Shown: positions 10,011 to 20,273 of the stretch, in pieces
Numbering within the stretch: the first letter of the stretch is position 1
Layout of the letters: every line of letters begins with the position of its first letter
Assembly (NCBI GenBank): GCA_947627705.1
Contig: CANQXL010000002.1
Location: forward strand, 1 to 47,244
DNA length: 47,244 nt
Reading direction: 5' to 3'
DNA from: an uncultured Clostridia bacterium
GTDB taxonomy: Bacteria; Bacillota; Clostridia; TANB77; CAG-508
Notes under the pieces: generated by a model
Seen by the model: only the letters and a program-made list of their open reading frames with translations
Databases searched by the model: none
What the model was told of the DNA's origin: nothing
Position numbers and translations under genes: made by a program

Positions 10011-11441
10011 ATGAAAAACTATTTAAGAAAAACAAAAATCGTATGTACAATTGGACCTGCAAGTGAAAATAGACTTGAAGAATTAATGGATGCTGGAATG
10101 GATGTTGTTAGAATAAACTTCTCTCATGGAAGTTATCCTGAACAAAAAGAAAAAATTGATAAATTTTTCAAAGCAAGAGCAACTGCAAATAAACCTGTTG
10201 CATTACTTTTAGATACACAAGGACCAGAAGTTAGAACAGGAATGTTAAAATCTGCACCAGCAAATTTAGTTACTGGTAATACTATAACTCTTGTAAATGA
10301 AGATATAGAAGGAGACGAAACACAAGTTTCTATAACTCATAAAGAATTGTATTTAGATGTAAAAGTTGGTTCTAAGATCCTTTTAGACGATGGATTGATA
10401 GAACTTAGCGTTACTGAGATTAAAGATAAAGACATCGTTTGCAAAATTGAACATGGTGGAAACCTTGGAAATAGAAAAAGTGTAAATGTACCTGGTATAC
10501 ATCTTAATTTACCAGCTTTAAAAGAAAAAGATATTCAAGACTTAAAAGATGGTGCTAGAGTTGGGTTTGACTATATTGCTGCATCTTTTGTAAGAAATAA
10601 AGAAGACGTTATGGCAATTAGAAAAGTTCTTGACGAAAATGGCGGAGAAAATATCAAAATTATTTGTAAAATAGAAAATCAAGAAGGAATGGATAATCTT
10701 GAAGAAATCTTAGACTGCTCTGCTGGAATTATGATTGGTAGAGGTGATCTTGGTGTTGAAATACCTTTCCAAGATGTCCCAATTGCTCAAAAAGATATTA
10801 TAAAGCTATGCAATAGAAAGGGAAAAGCAGTTATTACTGCAACTCAAATGCTTGAGTCTATGACTCATAACCCAAGACCTACTAGAGCTGAAGTAAGCGA
10901 CGTTGCAAATGCTATATATGACAGAACTGGTGCTATAATGCTTTCTGGAGAATGTGCAACAGGGGAATATCCAGTTGAATGTGTAAAAACTATGGTTGAT
11001 ATTTCTGAAACAATCGAAAAACAAATTAAATATTGGGAAAGATTTAATAATAAATACCAAAAAGTAGAAACTGATGACCTAGAATATAATATAAATTATG
11101 CAGTATGTAGAATGGCTAGAAAAGTTAATGCTAAGGCAGTTGTTGCATATACAAATACTGGTAACACAGCAAGATATTTGTCAGGTCTTGGTATTAAATG
11201 CCCTGTATTTGCTGTTACATCAAACGAAAAAACATATAACCAGTTAGCTTTAATATGGAACGTATTCCCTATACTTCTTCCAAAGCAAGAATCTATAGAG
11301 AATTTACTTGAACTTGGAATTCAAAAATTAGAGCAAGATGGATATTTAGAAAAAAATGATAGAATTATCATTGCTGGTGGTGCAAGGATACTTCCAACTA
11401 GAGAAAATAGTAAAGTTATAGGTGGAATTATAGAAATTTAA
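10011..11441 (+). CDS. pyk: Pyruvate kinase
   Basis: Intact 476 aa ORF with KIVCTIGPAS, RINFSHG, MIGRGDLGVEIP and ATQMLESM motifs. AGGAAAG RBS upstream. No in-frame CGG. Confidence 0.95.
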   Translation: MKNYLRKTKIVCTIGPASENRLEELMDAGMDVVRINFSHGSYPEQKEKIDKFFKARATANKPVALLLDTQGPEVRTGMLKSAPANLVTGNTITLVNEDIEGDETQVSITHKELYLDVKVGSKILLDDGLIELSVTEIKDKDIVCKIEHGGNLGNRKSVNVPGIHLNLPALKEKDIQDLKDGARVGFDYIAASFVRNKEDVMAIRKVLDENGGENIKIICKIENQEGMDNLEEILDCSAGIMIGRGDLGVEIPFQDVPIAQKDIIKLCNRKGKAVITATQMLESMTHNPRPTRAEVSDVANAIYDRTGAIMLSGECATGEYPVECVKTMVDISETIEKQIKYWERFNNKYQKVETDDLEYNINYAVCRMARKVNAKAVVAYTNTGNTARYLSGLGIKCPVFAVTSNEKTYNQLALIWNVFPILLPKQESIENLLELGIQKLEQDGYLEKNDRIIIAGGARILPTRENSKVIGGIIEI

Positions 11442-11570
11442 GCATTTTATAGAATTTTAGCTATTTTATGCTTGACAATTCAATAAATTTTTAGTATAAT
11501 AGTAAAGCGTTATTTAGTAAAAAAATTCAAGACATAGATTGAAGTCGTAATAAAAAGGAGGTAATTTAAG

Positions 11571-11759
11571 ATGGCACAACCAAAAAGAAGATGGTCAAAA
11601 GCAAGAACAGGATTAAAAAGATCTACATGGAAAGTAGAAAAACCAAGTATTGCGACTTGCCCACATTGTCATGAGCCTGTATTACCACACAGAGCTTGTA
11701 CTAACTGTGGATATTATAACGGAAAACAAGTTATAACAGTTGACGAAGAAAAAGCTTAA
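11571..11759 (+). CDS. rpmF: 50S ribosomal protein L32
   Basis: 62 aa, MAQPKRRWSKARTGLKRS..., zinc-ribbon CxxC...CxxC form. AAGGAGG RBS. Confidence 0.95.
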   Translation: MAQPKRRWSKARTGLKRSTWKVEKPSIATCPHCHEPVLPHRACTNCGYYNGKQVITVDEEKA

Positions 11760-11811
11760 AAAAGTTTTAAAAAATGCTTGATTGTTTAAATTTTTCATTA
11801 TTACTATCAAG

Positions 11812-11852
11812 GAGAAGAAGATTCTAAAATGCGAACCTTCTTCTCTTTTTTT
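11812..11852 (+). terminator. Rho-independent terminator after rpmF
   Basis: Stem GAGAAGAAG/CTTCTTCTC (11812-11820 and 11837-11845) followed by TTTTTTTG. Confidence 0.65.
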
Positions 11853-11896
11853 GTTTTTATAAAATTTGTATGATTTTTTATTTTCTTTATTACCTA

Positions 11897-12610
11897 TTAT
11901 CTACCACAACCACAATTATTATTCATATTATTCATATTATTCATATTATTCATATTTCCCATATTTGAATAATTCATATTATTTGTGCTATTCATATTAT
12001 CATTATTTGCAACAAACATAGGACTTTCCGAATTCATATAAAATTTCTTTTGCGCAAGTTTATCTTGTACTCCCCTTAATGCTTCGCCGAATCTTTGGAA
12101 GTGAACTATTTCTCTTTGTCTTAAGAATTTAAGTGGATCAATTACATCTGGATGTCCTTTGCATAAATCTATTAATTTTTCATAAGTTGCTCTTGCCTTT
12201 TGTTCTGCTGCTAAGTCTTCCTGAAGATCTGCAATCGGATCTCCTTTTACTGCAATATATGCTGCTGTAAATGGATTACCTGCTGCAGCTTGTGGATAAA
12301 CTCCTAATCCATGGTCTGTATAATAAGGCGCAAGTCCGCCTTTTTCTACTTCTTCTATTGATGCATTTTTTGTTAATTGGTGTACTATTGAACCAACCAT
12401 TTCTAAGTGAGCAAGTTCTTCTGTTCCAATATCATTTAATATGGCTTTTGATCTTTGATCTGGCATACCAAATTTTTGTGATAAATATCTTAATGACGCA
12501 GCAAGTTCTCCATCTGGTCCACCATATTGAGAAATAATATTTCTTGCAAGTTCTGTATTTGTTTCCTTTATATTTATAGGATATTCTAGTATTTTATCAT
12601 AAGTCCACAT
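11897..12610 (-). CDS. cotJC: Spore coat protein CotJC (manganese catalase family)
   Basis: Likely start ATG at 12610 after GGGGGAGAG. MWTYDKILEYPINIK...GELAASLRYLSQ...EELAHLEMVG...EQKARATYE is ferritin-like Mn-catalase. The Asn/Met-rich C-terminal tail is encoded by four 9 nt tandem repeats near 11920-11960. Confidence 0.85.
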   Translation of the reverse strand: MWTYDKILEYPINIKETNTELARNIISQYGGPDGELAASLRYLSQKFGMPDQRSKAILNDIGTEELAHLEMVGSIVHQLTKNASIEEVEKGGLAPYYTDHGLGVYPQAAAGNPFTAAYIAVKGDPIADLQEDLAAEQKARATYEKLIDLCKGHPDVIDPLKFLRQREIVHFQRFGEALRGVQDKLAQKKFYMNSESPMFVANNDNMNSTNNMNYSNMGNMNNMNNMNNMNNNCGCGR

Positions 12611-12611
12611 A

Positions 12612-12932
12612 TTATATCTCTCCCCCTTCCCATGGCCAAGGTTGTTCAAGCCAACGCCACTTATTGCAAGGGCAATATATCGAAAGTGGGCCATATACTT
12701 TTTGATATTTGTCTTTTAAATCTCTTAAAGTTCTACAATAATTATTGTGCAAGCAAATTGCTCTTTCATCATCTGGATGTGTATCAAGATATAAAGCAAG
12801 CTCAATTATTGCAAAATTGTAGCATTTAATTTGTTTTAGCATATCTTCTTGTGTATCATTGTTTTGCATACAAGAGCATGTAACTCTTGATTCAATATCG
12901 TCTAACATTATCATTTCATTATCTTCGTTCAT
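12612..12932 (-). CDS. cotJB: Spore coat protein CotJB
   Basis: 106 aa with the characteristic LKQIKCYNFAIIELALYLDTHPDD motif. Sits between cotJA and cotJC with overlapping or abutting stops and starts. Confidence 0.8.
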   Translation of the reverse strand: MNEDNEMIMLDDIESRVTCSCMQNNDTQEDMLKQIKCYNFAIIELALYLDTHPDDERAICLHNNYCRTLRDLKDKYQKVYGPLSIYCPCNKWRWLEQPWPWEGGEI

Positions 12933-13276
12933 CTGTTACAGCCCTCCTTTATAACATTAGTATCCATGATATACTGAATTTCTTCCATAGATTGACCGGG
13001 ACAATATGGACTTACAAGTTCAGGATATATTGTTCCATTTTTTAATCCTACACAAGGCATGAAAGTGTTATTCATTACTTGATATGGCACATAACTTTGT
13101 GCATACATTGGATTAGTTGGGAAACCATCATCTTCGTCTTCAAAGCCACATCCACAGTTACTATTGTAATTATTATCATAGCTTGGGATGTTGTTACATA
13201 AAGTTTCATATTCACAATTGTCATTATTTGTCATTTTATTCAAACAGCAACATCTTCTACGTCTACAATTACACAT
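12929..13276 (-). CDS. cotJA: Spore coat-associated protein CotJA
   Basis: 115 aa with a YVPYQ...GLKNGTIYPELVSPY core and a Cys/Arg-rich N-terminus. First gene of the cotJ triad. Confidence 0.75.
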   Translation of the reverse strand: MCNCRRRRCCCLNKMTNNDNCEYETLCNNIPSYDNNYNSNCGCGFEDEDDGFPTNPMYAQSYVPYQVMNNTFMPCVGLKNGTIYPELVSPYCPGQSMEEIQYIMDTNVIKEGCNR

Positions 13277-13423
13277 TATAATTCCTCCTTTAGTATTTTG
13301 TCTATACTTTATATTATGTAATCTAAGAAGATTTCGTGAATCAAAAAAAATTAAAAAATAGCATAAAACGAAACCATTTTACGCTATTTTTTATAATATA
13401 AATTTTTTTTAATTTAATATTCT

Positions 13424-14773
13424 CTAGAATCCATATGCAGAAAGTAGCCAACCACCCATGTATAGATATATACATGGAACAAGTACAACTAGTACGAAGA
13501 ATATTAAGATTGCACCAACAAGAATATATACGATTTGTGGTAATACTTTTATTGTTTTATCAAGTAGTGTTTGAATATCTATTTCCATATACTCTACTAG
13601 CTTTTCCATCATTTGAGGTAAGTCTGTATTCATACCTATCTTTAACATCTCTGTCATCATTGGAGTTGCAAGTCTAGATCTTTCAAAAGGCTCTATCCAT
13701 GATTGTCCTATTAAAATATTGTTAATTGCTGATTCCATTATTGATAAAAGAACATAGTTCTTTGTAACGTTTTTTGCAACTTCTAGTGCTTCCTGAATTC
13801 TCATTCCATTATTTAAGTTAAGTAACATTGCTCTCATTATTCTTGAAAAGTCTATTGCAAATATTAGCTGTCCAAATACTGGCATTGTATATTTGAAGTA
13901 ATGGAAATTATATTTTCCCTTTGGTGTATTTATATATGATATAATTAATGCAATTATCCCACCAATTATTGCTGTTGGTATATACCAGTACGCCAGTATC
14001 CAGTTTACTACATTAGAGAACCAAATACTTATAGCTGGTAATGTTTCTTGTGATCCCATCTCTTCATACAAATTTTGTATTGCAGGTAATGCAACTAATG
14101 TTCCTACAATTAACATTACAAATAAGAAAATGAATTGTGCTAAATTTGGTATAATTATTGACCTTAATGTTCTAGTTAATTTGTCGTTTTCTTCTAGGAA
14201 TGTAACTGCTTGTTCTAGAGCAAGTGTTAGGTTTCCTGATAATTCCCCTACTTTTACCATATTTATATAAAGATAAGGGAAGACATCTTCATAATACTCC
14301 ATTGTTGTATACATATTTTCTCCTGCTTCAACACCTGCAAGTATATCTTCAAGAATTCCTTTAAATGTAAAATTTTCTGTACTATCTATTATTGTATTTA
14401 GTGCATGTATATTATTGAAATTGGCCTTTTTTAATAAGTAAAAGTTTTGCGTAAATACAATTATATCTCTGGTTGTTATTCTTTCAGATTTTGTTATAGT
14501 AAGATACACTTTTTGGAAAAATGTAGTTCTGGAATTTTGTCTACTTATTAAAAGATTTGCTGTATCAACATTTTTAAGTATTTCATCCATATTTCTTGAA
14601 TTTTTTCTTACTGTTCTTTTTGACTTTTTTCTTTGAAGAGTTTTGTCAACATTTATTGGAATTAAATTATTTCTTTTTAGTTTTTTTATTGCCAAATATT
14701 TATTATTCTCTTCAATTGTATTGGTTACTATCATTCCATTAGCAGTCATTGCTCTGTATCTATATATAGGCAT
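13424..14773 (-). CDS. pilC: Type IV pilus platform protein PilC (GspF family)
   Basis: 449 aa, two T2SSF-like repeats and three TM segments. Adjacent to pilT and pilB. Confidence 0.85.
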   Translation of the reverse strand: MPIYRYRAMTANGMIVTNTIEENNKYLAIKKLKRNNLIPINVDKTLQRKKSKRTVRKNSRNMDEILKNVDTANLLISRQNSRTTFFQKVYLTITKSERITTRDIIVFTQNFYLLKKANFNNIHALNTIIDSTENFTFKGILEDILAGVEAGENMYTTMEYYEDVFPYLYINMVKVGELSGNLTLALEQAVTFLEENDKLTRTLRSIIIPNLAQFIFLFVMLIVGTLVALPAIQNLYEEMGSQETLPAISIWFSNVVNWILAYWYIPTAIIGGIIALIISYINTPKGKYNFHYFKYTMPVFGQLIFAIDFSRIMRAMLLNLNNGMRIQEALEVAKNVTKNYVLLSIMESAINNILIGQSWIEPFERSRLATPMMTEMLKIGMNTDLPQMMEKLVEYMEIDIQTLLDKTIKVLPQIVYILVGAILIFFVLVVLVPCIYLYMGGWLLSAYGF

Positions 14774-14798
14774 AAAATACCTCCTTTAATTAATTTGC

Positions 14799-15905
14799 TT
14801 ATAAAATTTTATCTTTCTTTATTTTCATTTGCATTATTGTTCTATTTAATATTTCAATATTTTTCTCTTCTATTTGTGCTTTAGCTTGATCTAAAGTAAT
14901 TCTTTCGTCAACGAACATCTTTGCAAGTGAATTTATAAGACTTATATTTCCTTTGTCTGAACCACTTTGTATGGCATCTTCTACTTCAGATGTTCCTAAT
15001 TTTTCTTTTCTAATTAATCCAGAGATAATATTATCTACAACCATAACTTCTGGAATTAACACTAATGATCCATCTATACCTTTTATTAATCTCTGAGATA
15101 CAACAAGTTTAAGTAATGAAGATAATAGATATTTTATACTTGCCTGATCTCTAACTTCATAGAAGTCTATCATTCTGTCTAGTGTCTCTGCACAAGATTT
15201 TGTATGAAGTGTTCCAATTACTAAATGTCCAGATTCTGCTGTTTCTATGGCAGCTTCCATTGTTTCTTTATCTCTTATCTCTCCTATTACTAATATATCG
15301 CAGTCCTCTCTTAATGAGTTTTTTACACCATCACTAAATGTTAAGGCATCTTTTCCTGCTCCAATTTCTTTTTGTACTATAATGCAATTTTTTGATTTGT
15401 GTCTATACTCTACTGGGTTTTCTAGTGTTAATATCTTTCTATTCGACTCTTCATTAATTACATCTATTAATGCATTTAAAGTGGTTGTTTTTCCTGAGTT
15501 AGTTTTTCCAGTAACTAGAATTAATCCTTGTGGTTGATTAATCATATTTCTGACAACATCTGGTATTCCAAGAGATTCATATGGTGGAAGTGTACTCTTA
15601 ATAATTCTTAATGTAAATAGTGGAATATCATTTTCTGACGAAATATTAACTCTTAGTCTTATGTCTTTGTATTGATATGACATATCTATTTTTCTTGTTT
15701 CTTCATATAACTTGTCCCTTTCTACGCTTCCACTTATAAAGAAATCATATATATCTGCCATATCTTCTTCTGTTAATACTTCAGTTCCATCTGCTGGTAC
15801 TAGAGCTTTTATTATTCTTAACATTGGTTTTATTCCGCAAATTAAGTGAATATCTGATGCTTGCTTACTTATAGCTTCGTCAATAATTTTTTCAATATGA
15901 ACCAT
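14799..15905 (-). CDS. pilT: Type IV pilus retraction ATPase PilT
   Basis: 368 aa with Walker A GKTNSGKTTT, LTLENPVEY and GEIRDKETMEAAIETAESGHLVIGTLHT. Lacks an N-terminal GspE_N domain. Confidence 0.85.
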   Translation of the reverse strand: MVHIEKIIDEAISKQASDIHLICGIKPMLRIIKALVPADGTEVLTEEDMADIYDFFISGSVERDKLYEETRKIDMSYQYKDIRLRVNISSENDIPLFTLRIIKSTLPPYESLGIPDVVRNMINQPQGLILVTGKTNSGKTTTLNALIDVINEESNRKILTLENPVEYRHKSKNCIIVQKEIGAGKDALTFSDGVKNSLREDCDILVIGEIRDKETMEAAIETAESGHLVIGTLHTKSCAETLDRMIDFYEVRDQASIKYLLSSLLKLVVSQRLIKGIDGSLVLIPEVMVVDNIISGLIRKEKLGTSEVEDAIQSGSDKGNISLINSLAKMFVDERITLDQAKAQIEEKNIEILNRTIMQMKIKKDKIL

Positions 15906-15937
15906 TTTTATCCTCCATTATTTCTTATTAATTTTTA

Positions 15938-17567
15938 TTAATATATACGTAGCTTTCTATTTAACTCGTCTAGATTTGTAATTCCATCTAATACTTTATA
16001 AATTCCATCAACTATTAATGGTTTATATCTACCTTTCATTGCTTCTTCTGTTATTTGTAAAGTTGATGCATCTTGTGCAACTAATTCTCTAATCTTTTCA
16101 TCAAATGTCAATACTTCAAAAATACCTATTCTGTCATAATATCCAACATGATTACATTTATCACATCCAACTGCATCATAAGTTTTCTTTCCTGCTAAAT
16201 CAAATTTTACATTGTCTTTCTCTTCGATGTTGTGTATGAAATCTAATTCCTTCTTTGTAAAGTCTCTTTCTCTAGCACAATCTTTACATAATCTTCTTAC
16301 TAATCTTTGCGAAACTGTTGTTGCAACAGTACTTGAAATATCGTAGTTAGATACACCCATTTTTCTTAATCTTGTGATTACCTCAATTGCATCAATTGTG
16401 TGTATTGTTGAAAGTACGTAGTGACCTGTTTGTCCTGCTTGCATAGCAATTTCAGCTGTCTCTTTATCTCTTATCTCTCCAACTAGGATAATATCTGGGT
16501 CCTGTCTTAAAACTGTTCTTAATGAGTCAATAAATGACGTTTTTGCATCTATTTCTATTTGGTTAAGCCCTGGTATTCTAATTTCTACTGGGTCTTCAAT
16601 TGTTGTAACATTTATTTGTGGCTTGTTTAAAAATTGAACAATACTGTATAGAGTGGTTGTTTTACCTTCACCAGTTGGTGCTGCCATTATTGTAATACTA
16701 TTTCTTTTATCAAAGCTATCTTCAACAAGTTTTTCTTCGTTTGGAAATCCAAGTTCGAATATTTCCCTAATATTTTCATTTTTCTTTAATAATCTTAAAA
16801 CGAATTTTTCACCATATATATTCTTCTGTGACGATACACGAATATTATAGTCTGGATAAATTGTTATCCTTCCATCTTGTGACTCTTGTTTTTCTTGATG
16901 CATATTAGAAATTGCCTTTAATCTTCCTGTTATTTGTGCTTGTTTATCTTTTGAAATTTCTGCAATTTCAAATAACTCACCATCTATTCTATAACGTACT
17001 CTTAAATTTTCTTCCATTGGTTCAAAGTGAATATCGCTTGCTCTTCTTTCCATGGCATTTTTTATAACACTATCTACAAGAGCAGTTATATCGCTAGAAC
17101 TTCCTATCTTATCTGTTGCTTTCCCTGCCATCTCATTTAGAACCTGATCAATATTAGACTTAAATGTTATATATTTTTCCATTAAAAGTCCTCTATTTAA
17201 AAGTAAAAGTCTAATTGTATCTATTGCTCTTTTGTTTGCAGTATCTGCAAAACATACTTTAGCTTTTCCGGTCTTCTACATCAAATAATACTGCACTATT
17301 TTGCCTTAATATATCTGGAGAAATATATTCGTCAACCTTTATTTTAACATCACTTGGTCTAAGTAACATTGTTTTTTCTCCAAAAACATCGCCTATTGCA
17401 TCTAACAAATCTTGTTCACCACATAAATTTAGGTTATGAATTATATCTCCAAGTTTTTCATTTGGGTTCTGTTTTTGATAATCAAGGGCTGTTTGTATAT
17501 CATTTTGACTAACAATTCCTCTTTTAACTAGTTCTATTCCTATTGGTTGTCTTCTTCTAACATCCAT
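15938..17567 (-). CDS. pilB: Type IV pilus assembly ATPase PilB (GspE family), one +1 shift at in-frame CGG
   Basis: ATG at 17567 after GGAGG (MDVRRRQPIGIELVKRG..., GspE_N/MshEN-like domain). FDVED joins GKAKVCFADTANKRAIDTIRLLLLNRGLLMEKYITF at plus-strand CCG 17268-17270. Walker A APTGEGKTTT and the tetracysteine CKDC...CDKC are present. Confidence 0.85.
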
Positions 17568-17609
17568 TTGTTTTTCCTCCAATCTTTAGTTTATATATAT
17601 ACAAATACA

Positions 17610-18065
17610 TTAAATAATTATTTTCTCACTATTTTTTGGTTCTAACACATATTTTGTTATTTTCTCATAATTGTTAATTTTTAGGTACACTTGTATCACT
17701 CCTGTATCTTCATTTGCAGTTATTGTACCTGCATTTACATTACTGCATATTTTGACTTTATTTCTATATAATGCATTATTTTGTATTGAATATTTAACAA
17801 TTTCATTTTCGCCTGCATCATTTGTAAATGATAATTGTACCTGATCGCTAGTGCTACTTACAATTTTGACATCATCCCTTTTTATATCTTTAATGAAATG
17901 CATATTAAACCTTGATAAAGAAACTGCGCTCTCTGATGCTTTATCCATACTATTTACATTACTATGCATTGCTCCCATTATATTTGAAATACCTGCAACT
18001 GCCAATGTAAGTAAGATAATATAAACAATAAGTGATATTAAAGTAATACCTTTTTCGTTTTTCAT
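17610..18065 (-). CDS. Minor pilin-like protein
   Basis: 151 aa. N-terminus MKNEKGITLISLIVYIILLTLAV resembles a prepilin leader and lies within the pilus operon. Confidence 0.6.
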   Translation of the reverse strand: MKNEKGITLISLIVYIILLTLAVAGISNIMGAMHSNVNSMDKASESAVSLSRFNMHFIKDIKRDDVKIVSSTSDQVQLSFTNDAGENEIVKYSIQNNALYRNKVKICSNVNAGTITANEDTGVIQVYLKINNYEKITKYVLEPKNSEKIII

Positions 18066-18082
18066 AGCTTTTCCTTTCTTCT

Positions 18083-18499
18083 TTAGTTTTCGTCAAAAGG
18101 TAATTGTTTTATTCTTTGAAGTTTTATACTTTCTTCCCTTTTTGCTGTTATTTTGTAATTTATTGTTAATGTAATTAATTTAATCATATCGTCACCATAT
18201 GGGTCTTCAATTTCTAATCTAAAATTATATCCATTTATATTTCCAGTTGTAAAATTATCACCTGTTTCAATGTTACTGATATTAATAGTGTCAATACTGC
18301 TAAATAATGTTTCTGTTTGAACGCTATTATACGGAATTTCTGCTATATATTCAAACACATCAACAGCATAGTTTAAAGCAGTTGCTGTTCTTTTAGCTTC
18401 TGTTTGCGAAATGTATATGTTATACATAATTGATGTCATTATTGTGACAAAAAATATAATAATTATAATTGCCATTCCTAAATCAATTGTTGTAAGCAT
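18083..18499 (-). CDS. Hypothetical pilus-operon membrane protein (possible minor pilin; start uncertain)
   Basis: 138 aa ORF with an N-terminal hydrophobic helix, positioned between pilD and a minor pilin. No clear leader motif. Confidence 0.4.
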   Translation of the reverse strand: MLTTIDLGMAIIIIIFFVTIMTSIMYNIYISQTEAKRTATALNYAVDVFEYIAEIPYNSVQTETLFSSIDTINISNIETGDNFTTGNINGYNFRLEIEDPYGDDMIKLITLTINYKITAKREESIKLQRIKQLPFDEN

Positions 18500-18534
18500 T
18501 TTCTTTCTTTAGATTTATTTTCATCCATGTCTCC

Positions 18535-19341
18535 TTAGTTTAATAAAAAATTACACAATATATTCAAGAATATATTTGAAATAATTAAATAATATCCCAT
18601 AGGTAATTCTATCTTTCCTGTATTTATGATTGATTTTCTTTTTTCTTTGTCTTTTATCATTAATATTATTCTTTCTAGTGCTATGTATATAAAGCAAAAT
18701 GCTACTGAATAATAAAACCTTTCTGTTCCTGAAAAAGCTATCATGCATAATGCAAGTTCTATCATACTCATTGTATAATTTGATTTTAAATTTTTCCTTA
18801 TAATAAGTATATCAATTAGTAATACTATTGCAAAGAATGCTAAATATATAATATATGTATATATAACTTTTGCTCTAGATATACATACATATACCATAAA
18901 CAAAATTGATACAATCATTTCATACACAAGTACTTCTTTTTGTATAGTTTTTCTTTCTTTATCAATCCCTGCAATTATAAATAATCCAGCAAAATATAAT
19001 ATAAAAAAGATAAAATTTATTACTTGATATTTAGTAATATAAGTAAAATCAAATTTTAATGATAAGAAAAATAGCAAAAATACGATTCCAGATAATATTT
19101 CAAGAATCAAGTATCTTATTCTTATTTTTTTTCCACAATATCTACATTTCCCACCTAAAACAATATAACTTAAAACAGGTATAAGATCCCTTGCTTTAAG
19201 TTTTCCGCCGCAATTAGGGCAAAATGAATGTTCATGAAGGATGTCAAGACCTTCTGGAATTCTATATACTGCTAATGTAAAAAAACTGCCAAAAAGTGTG
19301 CCTATTATAAATACTAGTCCATATATTATTCCGATTTCCAT
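18535..19341 (-). CDS. pilD: Prepilin peptidase-like protein (A24 family, PilD)
   Basis: 268 aa. N-terminal Cys-rich DiS_P_DiS-like region (CPNCGGKL...CRYCGKKI), a polytopic membrane body and IIAGIDKERKTI matching the first Asp motif. The second GxGDxK motif is not evident by eye. Confidence 0.7.
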   Translation of the reverse strand: MEIGIIYGLVFIIGTLFGSFFTLAVYRIPEGLDILHEHSFCPNCGGKLKARDLIPVLSYIVLGGKCRYCGKKIRIRYLILEILSGIVFLLFFLSLKFDFTYITKYQVINFIFFILYFAGLFIIAGIDKERKTIQKEVLVYEMIVSILFMVYVCISRAKVIYTYIIYLAFFAIVLLIDILIIRKNLKSNYTMSMIELALCMIAFSGTERFYYSVAFCFIYIALERIILMIKDKEKRKSIINTGKIELPMGYYLIISNIFLNILCNFLLN

Positions 19342-19374
19342 ATTGAACTCTCATCCCTTACATTTTAAAATTTT

Positions 19375-19409
19375 AGGCATATACATCTAATAATTAAATG
19401 TATATGCCT
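19375..19409 (-). terminator. Hairpin downstream of the major pilin gene (possible attenuating terminator)
   Basis: 12 bp perfect stem AGGCATATACAT/ATGTATATGCCT with an 11 nt loop. The trailing T tract is weak. Confidence 0.4.
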
Positions 19410-19510
19410 TAGTTGTACTCTTGATCAATTTTCAACGTTGATCTATTTTTAGCCCAAATTTAAGCTACATTAACTACTAAGAATCATTACTAGTTTTAGC
19501 CGACATTCTA

Positions 19511-19753
19511 CTAGTTTGCCGTTTTTTGAGCTGATTCAATGTTAGATAATGTGTTAGATACTAAGTTGTAGATGTCGTTAACTAAGTATGCTTCATAGCC
19601 TTGTGCGTTAGAATAGTTTTGTGTACCATTAACAGCTATTGGTACAAGTTGCATATCATTTATAGATATAATTGTAACAGCAGCTAAGATGATTAAAACA
19701 ATAATTGTTATAATTAATGCAACTAAAGTAATACCTTTTTCTTGTCTTAACAT
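19511..19753 (-). CDS. pilA: Major type IV pilin-like protein (short, 80 aa)
   Basis: MLRQEKGITLVALIITIIVLIILAAVTIISINDMQLVPIAVNGTQNY... with a strong AAAGGAGGAG RBS and its own downstream hairpin. The first roughly 55 aa are nearly identical to the 44476-45810 protein. Confidence 0.7.
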   Translation of the reverse strand: MLRQEKGITLVALIITIIVLIILAAVTIISINDMQLVPIAVNGTQNYSNAQGYEAYLVNDIYNLVSNTLSNIESAQKTAN

Positions 19754-19827
19754 AAAAAACTCCTCCTTTAAAAATTTAGTTTTGTATATATTTATTTAAA
19801 TAAATATAACCAATTTTAATTAATTCA

Positions 19828-20262
19828 CTACTTTGTACCTGTGTTTTTATAAAATGTATTTGAATTATTCTTGTTATCTGTGTTATTTGAATTATTTGTA
19901 GGTTGATTTGTATTTGTGTTTGTATTTCCATTTCCATCAGTTATATTATTTTCATCATTTGTACCTTCAACAGGTTTCACATATGTTGAAAATGGATTTG
20001 CTTTTCCTTGAGTATACTCGTTTCTTTGTTTTAAGCCTTTAATATCGTCTTGTGTTATTTCATATGTCACAATTACTGTATTTTCTTCTGTTATTTTTTC
20101 TGCTATTTCATTAGTTATCGTTTCAGATGTCTTATAAGTTTCAACACTTGGTATTATCTTGTTTGTTGGAATGTAATCATAAAACATAACTCCAAGTGCA
20201 AGTATTACTGCAAGTAATAACAACAACACTATAATAATTTCTTTTAAAATTGATCTTATCAT
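19828..20262 (-). CDS. Hypothetical membrane-anchored protein of the pilus operon with an Asn/Thr-rich tail
   Basis: 144 aa, AGGAGG RBS, one N-terminal TM helix and a low-complexity TNTNTN tail. Confidence 0.45.
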   Translation of the reverse strand: MIRSILKEIIIVLLLLLAVILALGVMFYDYIPTNKIIPSVETYKTSETITNEIAEKITEENTVIVTYEITQDDIKGLKQRNEYTQGKANPFSTYVKPVEGTNDENNITDGNGNTNTNTNQPTNNSNNTDNKNNSNTFYKNTGTK

Positions 20263-20273
20263 TTGCTTTCCTC

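Noticed and set aside
18500-18534. A possible frameshift hiding a longer N-terminus (MKINLKKENA...) for the 18083-18499 protein
   Set aside because: There is no in-frame CGG or other recognisable recoding signal here, and the short upstream frame terminates after 13 codons. There is not enough evidence to extend the gene, so the start is flagged as uncertain instead.
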